NCBI GenBank assembly: GCA_964486045.1
Contig: CAZALK010000014.1
Coordinates: forward strand, 89,244 to 153,243
Length of the DNA: 64,000 nt
Direction of reading: 5' to 3'
From: an uncultured archaeon
Lineage (GTDB): Archaea > Asgardarchaeota > Lokiarchaeia > Sigyniarchaeales > SOKP01
A model generated the notes under the pieces. That model was not told where the DNA came from. It worked only from the letters and a program-made list of their open reading frames with translations, and ran no database searches. The position numbers were made by a program, and so were the translations under genes. This document shows positions 21,117-31,579 of this stretch, piece by piece; position 1 is the stretch's first letter; every line of letters begins with the position of its first letter.

Positions 21117-21251
21117 ATACTATCACTTTACAGTCTTACAGAAAAATTTTATTAAAACAATCCTATGTTTAATTTAATTTAACATTAATGATAATTAAAA
21201 CATTAAATATCTTAATTATTTATAATGATATAAACGACCTAACCAAGTAAA

Positions 21252-22526
21252 ATGGATACAAAAGTAAGTACTTATTATGTATGTTTTTGTCTACACATGT
21301 ACCAACCTCCTACCCAAGATCTAAATATATTAAAAAAGATCGATAAAGAGTGTTATAAACCTTTATTTAATGTACTTGATTACCATGATAATGCCAAATT
21401 ATGTCTAAATATCACTGGAGGTTTAATTGATTTACTTCATGAATTCAATCTATCTGATACAATTGATTCTTTGAAAAATCTTGTTTCTGAAGGAAAGATC
21501 GAGATAGTTGGGACTGGAAAATTTCATCCAATTCTCCCCTTAATTCCGGAGACAGAGGTTCATCATCAGATCCAATTGAATGAAGAAACAAATAAAAAGG
21601 AGTTTGGTAAGCTTTGGAAAAGAAAAGGCTTTTTCCCTCCAGAGATGGCGATATCTGGGAGTGTAGCAAAGCATATTCGTGAATTAGGTTATAAATGGGT
21701 AATTATGAGTGGTATCGCTTGTCCAGTAGCATGGCCTTACGATAAAATTTATTGTTCTCCAAATGGGCTTCAACTCTTCTTTAGAGATGATATTATTAGT
21801 AACAAAATCTCTTTTAAAAATATTTCACCACAGAAATTCCTTAGCGAAACCAAGATAATGCATAAGAATGAGAAAAATAACGACCATACCTATATCGTAA
21901 TAGCTCAAGATGTAGAAACTTTCGGACACCATATCCCTCGTTATGAGAAAGATTTTTTAGGGAGAATGTTAGAATTAATAAATGATGATAACGAGATGGA
22001 GATGATTTTTATTTCTGACTTAGATCAACACTTTCCGATAAGTAAAGATAAAATTATACCAAGAGAATCGAGTTGGAGCACGACATATAAAGATATTGAC
22101 GAAAATGTCCCATATCCGTTGTGGAAACATCCTGATAACAGCATTCATAAATATTATTGGAAGATAATGAAGAGTTTAATCAATATGATGGATTTAATAG
22201 ATGAATTAGCTCTAAATAAGGTTTGGGATGTGCAAAATTACTACAAAACCGCTCGATGGTTTTATAACAAGGGGTTACATTCATGTCCTACGTGGTGGGC
22301 AAATCCACTAAGAGGAACTTGGAGTCCCAACTTAATATACAAAGGTGTCGAGTTGTTAATACGAGCTGCACTAAATGCCCAAATGGCACTAGTTCATGCT
22401 AATAAATCAGAGTTAGGCGAAGGTTATTTTGATAGTATTTCCTATTACCATGGGTTATTGCTAATGGAATTATCCAACACATCCATAAAGAATTTAAGTA
22501 GAACTAAAACAATTAATAATTCTTGA
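21252..22526 (+). CDS. glycoside hydrolase family 57
   Basis: HMYQP, HPILPL, FFPPEMA, DVETFGHH, SSWS. Confidence 0.88.
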   Translation: MDTKVSTYYVCFCLHMYQPPTQDLNILKKIDKECYKPLFNVLDYHDNAKLCLNITGGLIDLLHEFNLSDTIDSLKNLVSEGKIEIVGTGKFHPILPLIPETEVHHQIQLNEETNKKEFGKLWKRKGFFPPEMAISGSVAKHIRELGYKWVIMSGIACPVAWPYDKIYCSPNGLQLFFRDDIISNKISFKNISPQKFLSETKIMHKNEKNNDHTYIVIAQDVETFGHHIPRYEKDFLGRMLELINDDNEMEMIFISDLDQHFPISKDKIIPRESSWSTTYKDIDENVPYPLWKHPDNSIHKYYWKIMKSLINMMDLIDELALNKVWDVQNYYKTARWFYNKGLHSCPTWWANPLRGTWSPNLIYKGVELLIRAALNAQMALVHANKSELGEGYFDSISYYHGLLLMELSNTSIKNLSRTKTINNS

Positions 22527-22529
22527 GCT

Positions 22530-22919
22530 TTATTTATTTCCCAGATTTAGTTCATTAAAGATTTTAATCCATTTATTTAAATCTTTGACAAACCAAGCAG
22601 CAGAATCTTTGTCTCCTTTCTCATTCGTAAAAACTATTTTTAGTAAAGATCTTAGAGCCGATCTATGCATATGTGATTTGGGATTTGTAATCTGAGATAT
22701 TGACTTAACTGGGATACTAAACTATTTTTTTGGGTTTTCCACATACCAAAAATTAATTGTTCTTCTATGAGTATTAAAACACCAATTTCCACGAACTTTC
22801 CATATTCCCTTCGATTCAAGTCCAAAAAAGTTAGCCATATCATCAAAAATCAGAACTTTCTCATTTTTAAATTTTTCATGAATTTCATTTATTCTTCCTT
22901 TGAATATTCTCTTTAGCAT
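22530..22919 (-). pseudogene. frameshifted small PH-like-domain gene
   Basis: One plausible protein split across frames: ANFFGLESKG...VRGN / GVLILIEEQLIFGMWK / PKK*FSIPVKSI...DSAAWFVKDLNKW. Confidence 0.6.
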
Positions 22920-23167
22920 TTATTATTCTCCTCGTAAATAGTAATTAATAAACTTTAAGTAGGTTATCTATGCTAAACAATAGTCGAAGTAGATTTCTTT
23001 TTATCTTCCTCCCATTAGTTATGAAGATCCAGGCCTAGTGAGGTATTCAATAATGATGAAAATATAATCATAAATTATTTAATTCCTAGTTTATATACTA
23101 AACCAAGTAAAATTTCAAAAACCTCTTCCCTCAAGGATAATATCAATTTTAAAATAACTGGTGGAAA

Positions 23168-24241
23168 ATGTCCAAAAACAATGGAAAAAAAATAAAATAC
23201 TGTGTTTATTGCGGAGTTGATGTTGGTAATGAGATATATTGCCCGAATTGCGGAAAGTTAGTTATAAAGCTTAATGGGAGTAAAAATTCAAATAGCAGTC
23301 GCATCATTTATAAACCTGATTCGATTCAAAAGGCGGATATTTCGCGCAAATGCCCAGGGTGTGGTTCTATTGTCACTTCAACTATTTTAGATCAATGTCC
23401 AATATGTGATGCTGCGTTAGAAAAAATTTCAGAAGCAAGAAAAGAATTAATCCAAAGGAAGCCCGGATTAATATTTACCAATAAAAAACTTGAACCTGAG
23501 CAAAAATTTATTCTGAAAAAGGATCAGTGGAAATTAAAAGAAGGTATCAATGTTTTTGCCACATGTATGTATGTTTACATTATAGTTTTCTTTTTAATAT
23601 ACTTCTTATTGATATCTCAAGGGGGAACTGGAACAATTGAACCAACGATCCAAGTTTTTTTAATAAGTCAAATTCCTGAAGTATTATTTGGGATTTATCC
23701 TTTATATTATATTTATTCTAAAGGGCATAGCTCCAAAAAGTTAGGATTTTTAAGAGATTCAAAAAAGATCGTAACAAGCATTATTGTGGGCGTCATTGGA
23801 GCAATAAGTTTATTATTGTTTGATTTTCTTTATAGTGGTTTATTTAATGCTTTAGGAGAAATTGGTTTAGACTTATCTAATGTTATGGCAGAATCTGCCT
23901 TGCAAAACCAGATAATAAAAGATGCAGATTTTATTTGGATATTCTTGTTAATAATTTTAATACTTGTTGGAGCATTTTCAATAGAATTAGTGTTTAGGGG
24001 TGTGTTACACAATACATTAAAGCAGAAGTTTAAAAATCCAATTTATGTGATAGTAATTGTCGCTTTATCGTATGCAATTTTAATGTTAATACTTTACCCT
24101 AGCCCAATTTATTTCTTTTTAAACTTATTTGGCTTTATCATTATAGGAATTGTTTTTGAATTAACAAATGGGAATATTTATAGTACAATTATAACAAATA
24201 TTATATACAACATTGTTATTGTCGCTCTAATCTTTCTTTAA
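23168..24241 (+). CDS. CPBP (CAAX protease-like) membrane protein with N-terminal zinc ribbons; catalytic motifs degenerate
   Basis: Four CxxC pairs; IELVFRG instead of EExxFRG; conserved His residues absent. Confidence 0.7.
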   Translation: MSKNNGKKIKYCVYCGVDVGNEIYCPNCGKLVIKLNGSKNSNSSRIIYKPDSIQKADISRKCPGCGSIVTSTILDQCPICDAALEKISEARKELIQRKPGLIFTNKKLEPEQKFILKKDQWKLKEGINVFATCMYVYIIVFFLIYFLLISQGGTGTIEPTIQVFLISQIPEVLFGIYPLYYIYSKGHSSKKLGFLRDSKKIVTSIIVGVIGAISLLLFDFLYSGLFNALGEIGLDLSNVMAESALQNQIIKDADFIWIFLLIILILVGAFSIELVFRGVLHNTLKQKFKNPIYVIVIVALSYAILMLILYPSPIYFFLNLFGFIIIGIVFELTNGNIYSTIITNIIYNIVIVALIFL

Positions 24242-24368
24242 GATTAACCTTACATTACCCCCTCAATATAAACTTTTAATAATTAGAAAAATCAATAATC
24301 TCTCTAGACTTATTAAATACTATCTTTATAATTACACGACAAATTATCATTAGTTAGGAGTAAAAAGA

Positions 24369-25076
24369 TTGAGTAAAACTTTTTATAGAAATAAAGGGTC
24401 TAAGGATAATATTGTCTTATCTCTTGCTGGTGCTCATGGTGTAGGAAAAACATCTGTTTTCAATCTTTTTAAAAAAATCGTTAAAGATAATAATAAATTT
24501 AAATTTTTTCCGGAAAGGTATGTAAAGAAACCCCCTTTTCCTTTTGGTTCTTCGGATAAACAGATCGGTTTCAGAAGTGAACTACATTTCCTTCAGCAGC
24601 TCATAAGAAGAAATCAAAATATTCTTAATTTTGATAATAAATATAACGGAAGAATATTAATTTTGGATAGAACTCCCTTATGTGTACTTGTGTACTCGAA
24701 GGGATTAAACCTTCAAGAAAAAGATTTTAAACTAATTTTGGATACCTACAAATCCATCAAATGGAAAGAGGACTATATTATATATTTAATTGCTAAACCC
24801 GAAACGATTTTAAAAAGAATTGTTCAGAGAGGTTCAATAGATATAATCCGAAAAGAGTGGAATGAAGAGGATAAAATTTATCTATTAAAAATTCTCTCGC
24901 TTTATAATCAGTTCTTATCTGCTAGAAAAAACATTTTTAAAATTGATACAGAAACGTTAACTCAGGATGAAGTAGTTGAGAAAATTAAGACGATTATAAT
25001 CAATGTATCTGATTATTCTTTTGAAAAGATGAAGGAACCATCTACAACTCAAATGAACCTATCTGAGTTCCTTTAG
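24369..25076 (+). CDS. deoxynucleoside/thymidylate kinase family
   Basis: P-loop GAHGVGKT, LDRT, lid RIVQRG. Confidence 0.8.
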   Translation: MSKTFYRNKGSKDNIVLSLAGAHGVGKTSVFNLFKKIVKDNNKFKFFPERYVKKPPFPFGSSDKQIGFRSELHFLQQLIRRNQNILNFDNKYNGRILILDRTPLCVLVYSKGLNLQEKDFKLILDTYKSIKWKEDYIIYLIAKPETILKRIVQRGSIDIIRKEWNEEDKIYLLKILSLYNQFLSARKNIFKIDTETLTQDEVVEKIKTIIINVSDYSFEKMKEPSTTQMNLSEFL

Positions 25077-25168
25077 CAAAATATGGAAAAATTATATTAG
25101 AAGAGTCTTTCTATTTATACTTAAATATCTATATAAATATTCTATTCGATCTTTAAAAGGGGTTAAAA

Positions 25169-26170
25169 ATGTCAACTATTGATCCAGATATCCGAGAAAA
25201 GATGATGCACGTCCTAAAAGATGAAGAGAATAAAACTGATTTAAAGAATTTAGCAGTTTTGTCTCGGGTGGGGATGAAAGTAGCAAGTGCAGAATCCTCA
25301 GAATTAGATGCAGATGCTACATCAGCTTCAAGCACAGCATTAATAGATTTAGGCTTAAGATTAAACCAAGCAACGGGTAATGGAGCTCTTACTGAAATTC
25401 TTTTGCATAATTCCTCTGGATATAGCATTTTAATGGCAATTAATGATGAATATATTGTATTCGGGGGATTAAGTGCAGTTTATCGAATTGGATATTATTT
25501 GGGCTATTTACGAGAATTAGTGAAAAAATTAAATAGATTAATTTCCGGTGATAAAGAAACTGAAATGGTTCTCTCATTGCAAACTTCAGAGTTACAGAAA
25601 ATTGAGGAGGAAGAAGCTTCAATGATAAAAAAACCATCAGTTGAGCAGGATAAAGCAGCACTAGATGATCTTTTAGGTTTTTTAGATGATTGGGAAAAAG
25701 ATGATGAAGAAATTGAGGAATTTGAATCTCTAAATGAGACAAATATTGTTTCGATCCCTAAATCCATTGGAATGGAGCTTGAAAATGGAGTAAAAGAAGC
25801 GCAAGCAAGCGAAATATCACACTCATTGGTTGAGAAAAGTTCTAGTTTTGAAACTCAACCTGGAGTTGAAGTATACGATGATGAGGTTCCTCCAATCCCT
25901 CTTGATGAATACTCTCCAATGGAAATTGAAGAGGAATCCGTTTCTGAAGATACGACTCCTATAGAGAAATTAATACCTTCTGAAAAAGCCCCACAAAAAG
26001 AAGAGCTACCTCCTTTAAGTGATTTACCATCTTTAGAGGAGCTAGCACCTCCAGATTTCGATAACGAGTCTTCTGCCTCAGAATATGATACGGAATTTGT
26101 ATTAGAAGAAGAATCTGAAGCTTTAGGTTCTGTACTTAAAGAACTTGGCTGGTCTGAAGATGAAGATTGA
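25169..26170 (+). CDS. roadblock/LAMTOR-domain protein with long acidic disordered tail
   Basis: N-terminal ~125 aa roadblock pattern (AVLSRVGMKVAS...GALTEILL...GYSILMAI); E/D/P-rich C-half. Confidence 0.75.
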   Translation: MSTIDPDIREKMMHVLKDEENKTDLKNLAVLSRVGMKVASAESSELDADATSASSTALIDLGLRLNQATGNGALTEILLHNSSGYSILMAINDEYIVFGGLSAVYRIGYYLGYLRELVKKLNRLISGDKETEMVLSLQTSELQKIEEEEASMIKKPSVEQDKAALDDLLGFLDDWEKDDEEIEEFESLNETNIVSIPKSIGMELENGVKEAQASEISHSLVEKSSSFETQPGVEVYDDEVPPIPLDEYSPMEIEEESVSEDTTPIEKLIPSEKAPQKEELPPLSDLPSLEELAPPDFDNESSASEYDTEFVLEEESEALGSVLKELGWSEDED

Positions 26171-26344
26171 TCTTTGTTGAAAAATCTTTTGTATTTCTAT
26201 AACATACTCAAAATGATTTTGTTTTCTCTGATAAACGCTTTTTATCCTTGATAAACTTTTTTATAAAGTAGGTTCTAATCTTTATTTAATAAAATTTACT
26301 TTGATAAAATTAAAATATCTACAGAATTCTGATTAGGAATTGTT

Positions 26345-27700
26345 ATGAGCGAAATTAAAGAGATCAAAAGGGAAAGTACTACTAATTTTAAAAAAATATT
26401 GTTTGGTGCACCTAGATTAGGTACTTCAATTGTTCTCGGTATTGAAGGATGGGCCTTATTAACACTATATACAAGTGGGTATGGCTTGCAACCCTTCCTG
26501 GCAGGATTTGCTATTGCTATGGGTTATTTAACTATTGCCCTTTCACAGTTCTTATTAGGTTGGATAAGTGATGCAAAATATACAAAATGGGGTAGAAGAA
26601 AACCTTACATAATAATTTTTGCTCCATTGCTAGGAATATCTATCATTTTTTTATTGTTGCCTGGATTAATGATAGACCTCGCTGATAAACAAACATTATT
26701 TATATGGATGTTAATTTGGGAGATAGTTTTCCGAGGTAGTTATGCAGTAACAACCCCCTACCAAGCGTGGATGGCAGAAGAATTTCCTGTAGAAGAAAGA
26801 CCAAAGGCTTCACAATATCAAAATACTTTCAATTATATTGGAAATGGGATTATGGCTCTTTTTTCATTGATTATTCTTACAAAATATATTGAAGGGGGAG
26901 CGGGAAGTGATATACCGTTAGATTTTTTACTACCCATTATAATATTTGGTAGTCTAACAATTGTTTTATTTTACATTGTTGTGTTTAAATTTCCTACGGA
27001 ACCTCATTATAAAATAAGTTCAGGCTTAGTTGATAGCTTGAAGACTATTGTAAAAAACAGAAATTTCATGAAAATCGTATTAATGGTTGGTATATCTGGT
27101 CTAGGTTGGTCAATGTTAACAACCGTAATGTTAAAATACCTTATCGATGCCTTAAATTTGGGTACGATCGACTACATGATTTCTGCTGTAGCTTTACTTT
27201 TAACGATCTTCATTTTCCTATACATATGGAGAAGAACTATCCAAAAATTGGGGAAGAAAAAGGCGTTACTTTACGTTTTTCTAGGTGCTATAGTGTTTCT
27301 ACCTATATCTTTATTAGGTTTAATCCCCATGGGTTCTTATTTAGGAGTAGGTATAGTTTTCATAGTGGGTATAGGTGCTATTTTGGGTGGATGGTTTTTA
27401 TTTCCCTATATAGTTTTTGCTGATGTAGCAGAGGATGATGAAAAATCAACAGGAGAGTTAAAAGCAGGAATCTATGCTGGATTTCCATCCATTATCCTTA
27501 ACTTATTTCAAGCTGTAGGTGCTTTCCTTATTGGTGCTATTCTATCTTTACCAGATATTAATCCCACAGGAAACTTTAGCTATTCTATTGGATTAATATT
27601 ATTTGGTCCAATCGTATCAGTGATAATGCTTATATCGTATTTGTATACAAGAAGTTATGTAAATTTAGATTTTGATTGGGAGAGAAAGAAAAATTCCTAA
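26345..27700 (+). CDS. MFS transporter, GPH/MelB-like
   Basis: GWISD...WGRRKPY, ADVAEDDEKSTG...AGIY. Confidence 0.88.
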   Translation: MSEIKEIKRESTTNFKKILFGAPRLGTSIVLGIEGWALLTLYTSGYGLQPFLAGFAIAMGYLTIALSQFLLGWISDAKYTKWGRRKPYIIIFAPLLGISIIFLLLPGLMIDLADKQTLFIWMLIWEIVFRGSYAVTTPYQAWMAEEFPVEERPKASQYQNTFNYIGNGIMALFSLIILTKYIEGGAGSDIPLDFLLPIIIFGSLTIVLFYIVVFKFPTEPHYKISSGLVDSLKTIVKNRNFMKIVLMVGISGLGWSMLTTVMLKYLIDALNLGTIDYMISAVALLLTIFIFLYIWRRTIQKLGKKKALLYVFLGAIVFLPISLLGLIPMGSYLGVGIVFIVGIGAILGGWFLFPYIVFADVAEDDEKSTGELKAGIYAGFPSIILNLFQAVGAFLIGAILSLPDINPTGNFSYSIGLILFGPIVSVIMLISYLYTRSYVNLDFDWERKKNS

Positions 27701-27784
27701 TCGAAATTAATTCTTTTTTTTAAAAATTTTTTGTGAGTTGTGTTTCTTAAATAAAGTCAATAAATCATAAAACACTAAATTAAA

Positions 27785-29149
27785 GTGGATATGATTTTTG
27801 ATATAGTTCTAAAAATTTACAATAAATATTACATCTGTGTCCATTGTCTTGGTAGGATGTTTTCTCTGTTAGGATCTCACACAACAAACCAAGAAAGGGG
27901 AAATTCTTTATTACTTTCATTAACTATGGAAAATCATAAAATTTTTCTGTCGAATAATAAGGAACAGCGTGAAATTGCACTAGTTAATCTAAAAATATTA
28001 GCTGAAAAAGCAAATTACTTACCGGCTAAAAGAGTTTTATCAAATGAAGGGTTGAAATATGTTACACTAAACTCAAGTCGAACATGTTATTTATGTCAAA
28101 ATATTTTCTTAAAAATCAAAACTTATGGAGAAAAAGCCATAACTGCCCTTGAAGGGATTGAATTTTGTAATTTTTTAGTAGGATCTACTCCAGACTCTCA
28201 AATTATAAATCGAGAGGATGATTTTAAAGCTAATTTTAAGTTATTAGAAGCAGAATCTTTTAAAAGTCATTTCAATAGAGATATTGGGAAATATCTCTCA
28301 GAGAGACTTAATAAACCTCCAGATTTTAGCAAGCCAGATATATCCATAGTTTTTTTTGTTAACTATGAATCATCTTCTCTTAAATTAAACTTAAAATCTC
28401 TTTTTATATATGGAAGGTATAATAAGTTTATACGAGGAATTCCTCAAACCCATTGGTTATGCAAAAATTGTATGGGAAGGGGATGTATAAAATGTGATTT
28501 TTCAGGAAAACAATATCTAACAAGCGTGGAGGAAATAATATCTCCAATTTTCGTTAAAGAATCAAAAGCTACTGATTCTAAGTTTCATGGTGCTGGTCGA
28601 GAAGATATTGACGTGAGGATGTTAGGTACAGGAAGACCCTTTATTATTGAATTGAGAAATCCACAAATCCGAACGTTAATTCTCACTAAAATAGAGAAAA
28701 AAGTGAATAAAGTTAATAAAAAGAAAGTTAGAATTCGAAATTTAAGAATTAGCAATAAGCAAGAAGTTGTCCACATGAAAAGTGAGGCTTCAAACAACAA
28801 AAAAGTTTATAAAGCATTAGTTAAAACTAGAGAGAAAATCCCTAAACGGATCTTTGAAGAGAAAATAAGAGTATTAAAGCTCGCGCTTGAAAATAATAAA
28901 ATTAATCAAAGAACACCCCTAAGGGTTTCTCACCGGCGTGCTGATAAAATTAGAAAGAAGATTATTTATAAAATAGGGGGGAAATTTGTTAAATCTAATT
29001 TATTTGAGTTTACTATTGAAACCCAAGGTGGAACTTACGTAAAAGAACTAATAAATGGGGATACTGGTCGTACATCTCCTTCCTTTTCAGACTTGTTTGA
29101 AGTACCTTTAGTTTGTAAAGAATTAGACGTATTAGAAATCTCATCTTAA
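27785..29149 (+). CDS. pus10: tRNA pseudouridine(54/55) synthase Pus10
   Basis: CVHCLGR, GRYNK..RGIPQT, FHGAGREDIDVRMLG.GRPF, QRTP.RV.HRRAD, GGTYVKE. Confidence 0.95.
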   Translation: MDMIFDIVLKIYNKYYICVHCLGRMFSLLGSHTTNQERGNSLLLSLTMENHKIFLSNNKEQREIALVNLKILAEKANYLPAKRVLSNEGLKYVTLNSSRTCYLCQNIFLKIKTYGEKAITALEGIEFCNFLVGSTPDSQIINREDDFKANFKLLEAESFKSHFNRDIGKYLSERLNKPPDFSKPDISIVFFVNYESSSLKLNLKSLFIYGRYNKFIRGIPQTHWLCKNCMGRGCIKCDFSGKQYLTSVEEIISPIFVKESKATDSKFHGAGREDIDVRMLGTGRPFIIELRNPQIRTLILTKIEKKVNKVNKKKVRIRNLRISNKQEVVHMKSEASNNKKVYKALVKTREKIPKRIFEEKIRVLKLALENNKINQRTPLRVSHRRADKIRKKIIYKIGGKFVKSNLFEFTIETQGGTYVKELINGDTGRTSPSFSDLFEVPLVCKELDVLEISS

Positions 29150-29243
29150 AATGAATGAAGGTAATTTATACATCTAAAATCAAAAAATAAATAAATTATT
29201 ATTCATATATCAACTCAATATAAATTTTTAAAGGTGTTCTGTT

Positions 29244-29549
29244 ATAACAAATCATAAAGGTTATAGAAATAAGACTCGGAAACTCTATCGGAAGAAAGTA
29301 AGAAAGAGAGGGCTCGGATCGATTGAAAAATATTTAATTGATTACAACATCCAAGACAAAGTCGATATTATTGGAGATCCATCTATCCATAAACGTGGAC
29401 TCCCCCACCGAAGACACTACGGAAAAACTGGCACGATTATAGGGCAAAGAGGTCGCTGCTTCTTAGTTGAGGTTAAGTTAGGAAATGCCATAAAAACCTT
29501 GATAGTTGGTAGAGAACACTTGAGAATAAATTCTGCATCTGTTAAATAA
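29244..29549 (+). CDS. rpl21e: 50S ribosomal protein L21e (eL21), ATA start; absent from the ORF track
   Basis: (M)TNHKGYRNKTRKLYRK...DPSIHKRGLPHRRHYGKTG...REHLR; canonical position between pus10 and rpo4; in-frame TAA at 29229; AGGTG SD at 29232. Confidence 0.93.
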   Translation: MTNHKGYRNKTRKLYRKKVRKRGLGSIEKYLIDYNIQDKVDIIGDPSIHKRGLPHRRHYGKTGTIIGQRGRCFLVEVKLGNAIKTLIVGREHLRINSASVK

Positions 29550-29577
29550 TTAGTTATTAAAATAGGTAGGAATTAAT

Positions 29578-29943
29578 ATGTCTGGTCGTAAAAAAGATGA
29601 GAGAATAGTTTCTATTCCAGAAGTTAAAGAAATTATGAATTATGTAAAAGAACAAATGGAAGAAATCGATACTGAGGAAGGTATGTCACACTTTCAAGAA
29701 ATAACTTATAATTATGTGAACAAGTTTGCTAAAATGGATTTTAAAACCTCAAAGAAAGTTAAAGATTTTCTTATTAAAAAGTATGATATTGAAGAACTTT
29801 ATACCATTAATATTATAAACATTAATCCTCAGACTGTTATGGAATTGCGAGTTATTCTTGAGAAATCTTTTACTGGAAAAACTTTTACAGAAAAACAATT
29901 AGAAGTAATTTTGGAAGAATTAGAAGATATTAAAACCTCTTAA
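29578..29943 (+). CDS. rpo4: RNA polymerase subunit Rpo4 (F)
   Basis: VSIPEVKEI, YVNKF, NINPQTVMELRVIL; conserved synteny. Confidence 0.88.
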   Translation: MSGRKKDERIVSIPEVKEIMNYVKEQMEEIDTEEGMSHFQEITYNYVNKFAKMDFKTSKKVKDFLIKKYDIEELYTINIININPQTVMELRVILEKSFTGKTFTEKQLEVILEELEDIKTS

Positions 29944-30072
29944 ATTACGAAGAATTTATAAGTCTGTCTTGTTTTAAATTCTAATGTACTACTACCCTAC
30001 ATCATTGAGTAGTTAAATAATAAAAAATAAATAAGATGGTTTACGGAAAAGTAAAAAACAAAAGTATTGCTA

Positions 30073-30717
30073 ATGATGGAACGAAGAGATCGATACAGAG
30101 GTCCACCTCGGAAAAGAGGTTATCGAAATGGTCCCAGAAAGAAAAAGCAGTTTATAAAGAAATTTCGGGAAGTTGTAATTTTAGATTTATTACTGCATGG
30201 ACATCCCGAAGAAGATAAGCCAAGTTGGTCAAAAACACCGATAGCCCAAGTTCTTACTTTTCCGGATTTTGTACTTTACGAAGTAAAAATAAATAAAAAT
30301 TCAGAGATTCAAGTTCAAGAACAAAGTACTTATGAGGTATTTTTAAACGAGGATAAATTAAGAGATGTTTCTAAAAAGATTGACTACAATGATCTTACTA
30401 GTACATCAAAAGCATTAATTCAGCCTATTCTTGAAGATGAGGTTTTAAATTATGAAGAAGAATTCATCAATTTCTTTAATAATTCTACATCAATAACTCC
30501 TAGGATGCATGCATTAAAATTATTACCTGGAGTCGGTCAAAAACATATGTGGGAAATACTTGAGACAAGAGAAAGGCAAAAATTTGTAACCTTCCAAGAT
30601 ATTTCCGACAGGACTAGTATTTCAGCTCCAGCAAGACTAGTTGCCCAAAGAATTATCAAAGAACTTTCACGAGATGTAAAATACTATCTTTTCAGTAAAA
30701 CTCAAAAATATGAATAG
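30073..30717 (+). CDS. DUF655 family nucleic-acid-binding protein
   Basis: FINFFN...ITPRMHALKLLPGVGQK; synteny rpo4-DUF655-rsmA. Confidence 0.88.
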   Translation: MMERRDRYRGPPRKRGYRNGPRKKKQFIKKFREVVILDLLLHGHPEEDKPSWSKTPIAQVLTFPDFVLYEVKINKNSEIQVQEQSTYEVFLNEDKLRDVSKKIDYNDLTSTSKALIQPILEDEVLNYEEEFINFFNNSTSITPRMHALKLLPGVGQKHMWEILETRERQKFVTFQDISDRTSISAPARLVAQRIIKELSRDVKYYLFSKTQKYE

Positions 30718-30722
30718 AACGT

Positions 30723-31559
30723 ATGAATTATACGGATGTACGGCTAACTTTAAACCGACTAAATTTAAAACCTAAAAAATCTCTAGGTCAAAATTTTCTA
30801 ATTAATAAAAATATTTCAAGAAAAATTGTTACTACATCCGAAATTACAAAGGAAGATATTATTTTAGAAATCGGACCTGGTTTAGGAGCTCTAACAGAAT
30901 TATTGGTGGAAAAAGCAAAAAAAATTTTTGCTATTGAAATTGATCCTAATCTGAGCAAATACCTCTCTGAAAAATTCTCTGTATACAACAATGTTGAAGT
31001 GATAAACGATGATATCCTAGAAGTTAATCTTTCAAACTACAATAAAGTCATCTCGAATTTGCCTTACACAATAACCGGACCTATATTAGAAAAAGTATTT
31101 TTCAAAAAAGATCCCCCCTCAGGAATAATAACAATTGAAAAAAGTATAGGAAACCGTATTTTTTTATCTGGCAATTATAAAGAATTCTCAAGAATTAGTG
31201 TTACTCTTAATGCGTTTATGACACCAATTTCTAAATATAATATACCACGAGAAAGTTTTTATCCTGTTCCAAAAATCGATCTACTTCTAATTAAAATTAT
31301 TCCTACCGAAAATTTAAACTCATTTTTGTCAGATGCAAAATCTATAAACTATTTTTTAAAATTTGTTGCAGGAACCATGCCATACAAAAATAAAAATATA
31401 GCTAATGCTCTATGCCATTATTTCGAAACAATTAATAAAAATATGTGCTCCAAAGATAAAATCATTCAGATTTTAAACCAAAACAAGTATGAAAATAAGA
31501 AACTATTCAGTTTTAAAAACAACGAAATTATAGAAATTAGTAGCCTATTTTATTTTTAG
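30723..31559 (+). CDS. rsmA: 16S rRNA adenine dimethyltransferase RsmA/KsgA
   Basis: KKSLGQNFL, EIGPGLG, SNLPY. Confidence 0.95.
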   Translation: MNYTDVRLTLNRLNLKPKKSLGQNFLINKNISRKIVTTSEITKEDIILEIGPGLGALTELLVEKAKKIFAIEIDPNLSKYLSEKFSVYNNVEVINDDILEVNLSNYNKVISNLPYTITGPILEKVFFKKDPPSGIITIEKSIGNRIFLSGNYKEFSRISVTLNAFMTPISKYNIPRESFYPVPKIDLLLIKIIPTENLNSFLSDAKSINYFLKFVAGTMPYKNKNIANALCHYFETINKNMCSKDKIIQILNQNKYENKKLFSFKNNEIIEISSLFYF

Positions 31560-31579
31560 GCTTTACGTCTAAATCCGAT

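Noticed and set aside
30036-30218. 60-aa ORF overlapping the DUF655 start
   Set aside because: Out of frame with the conserved DUF655 gene; no motif support
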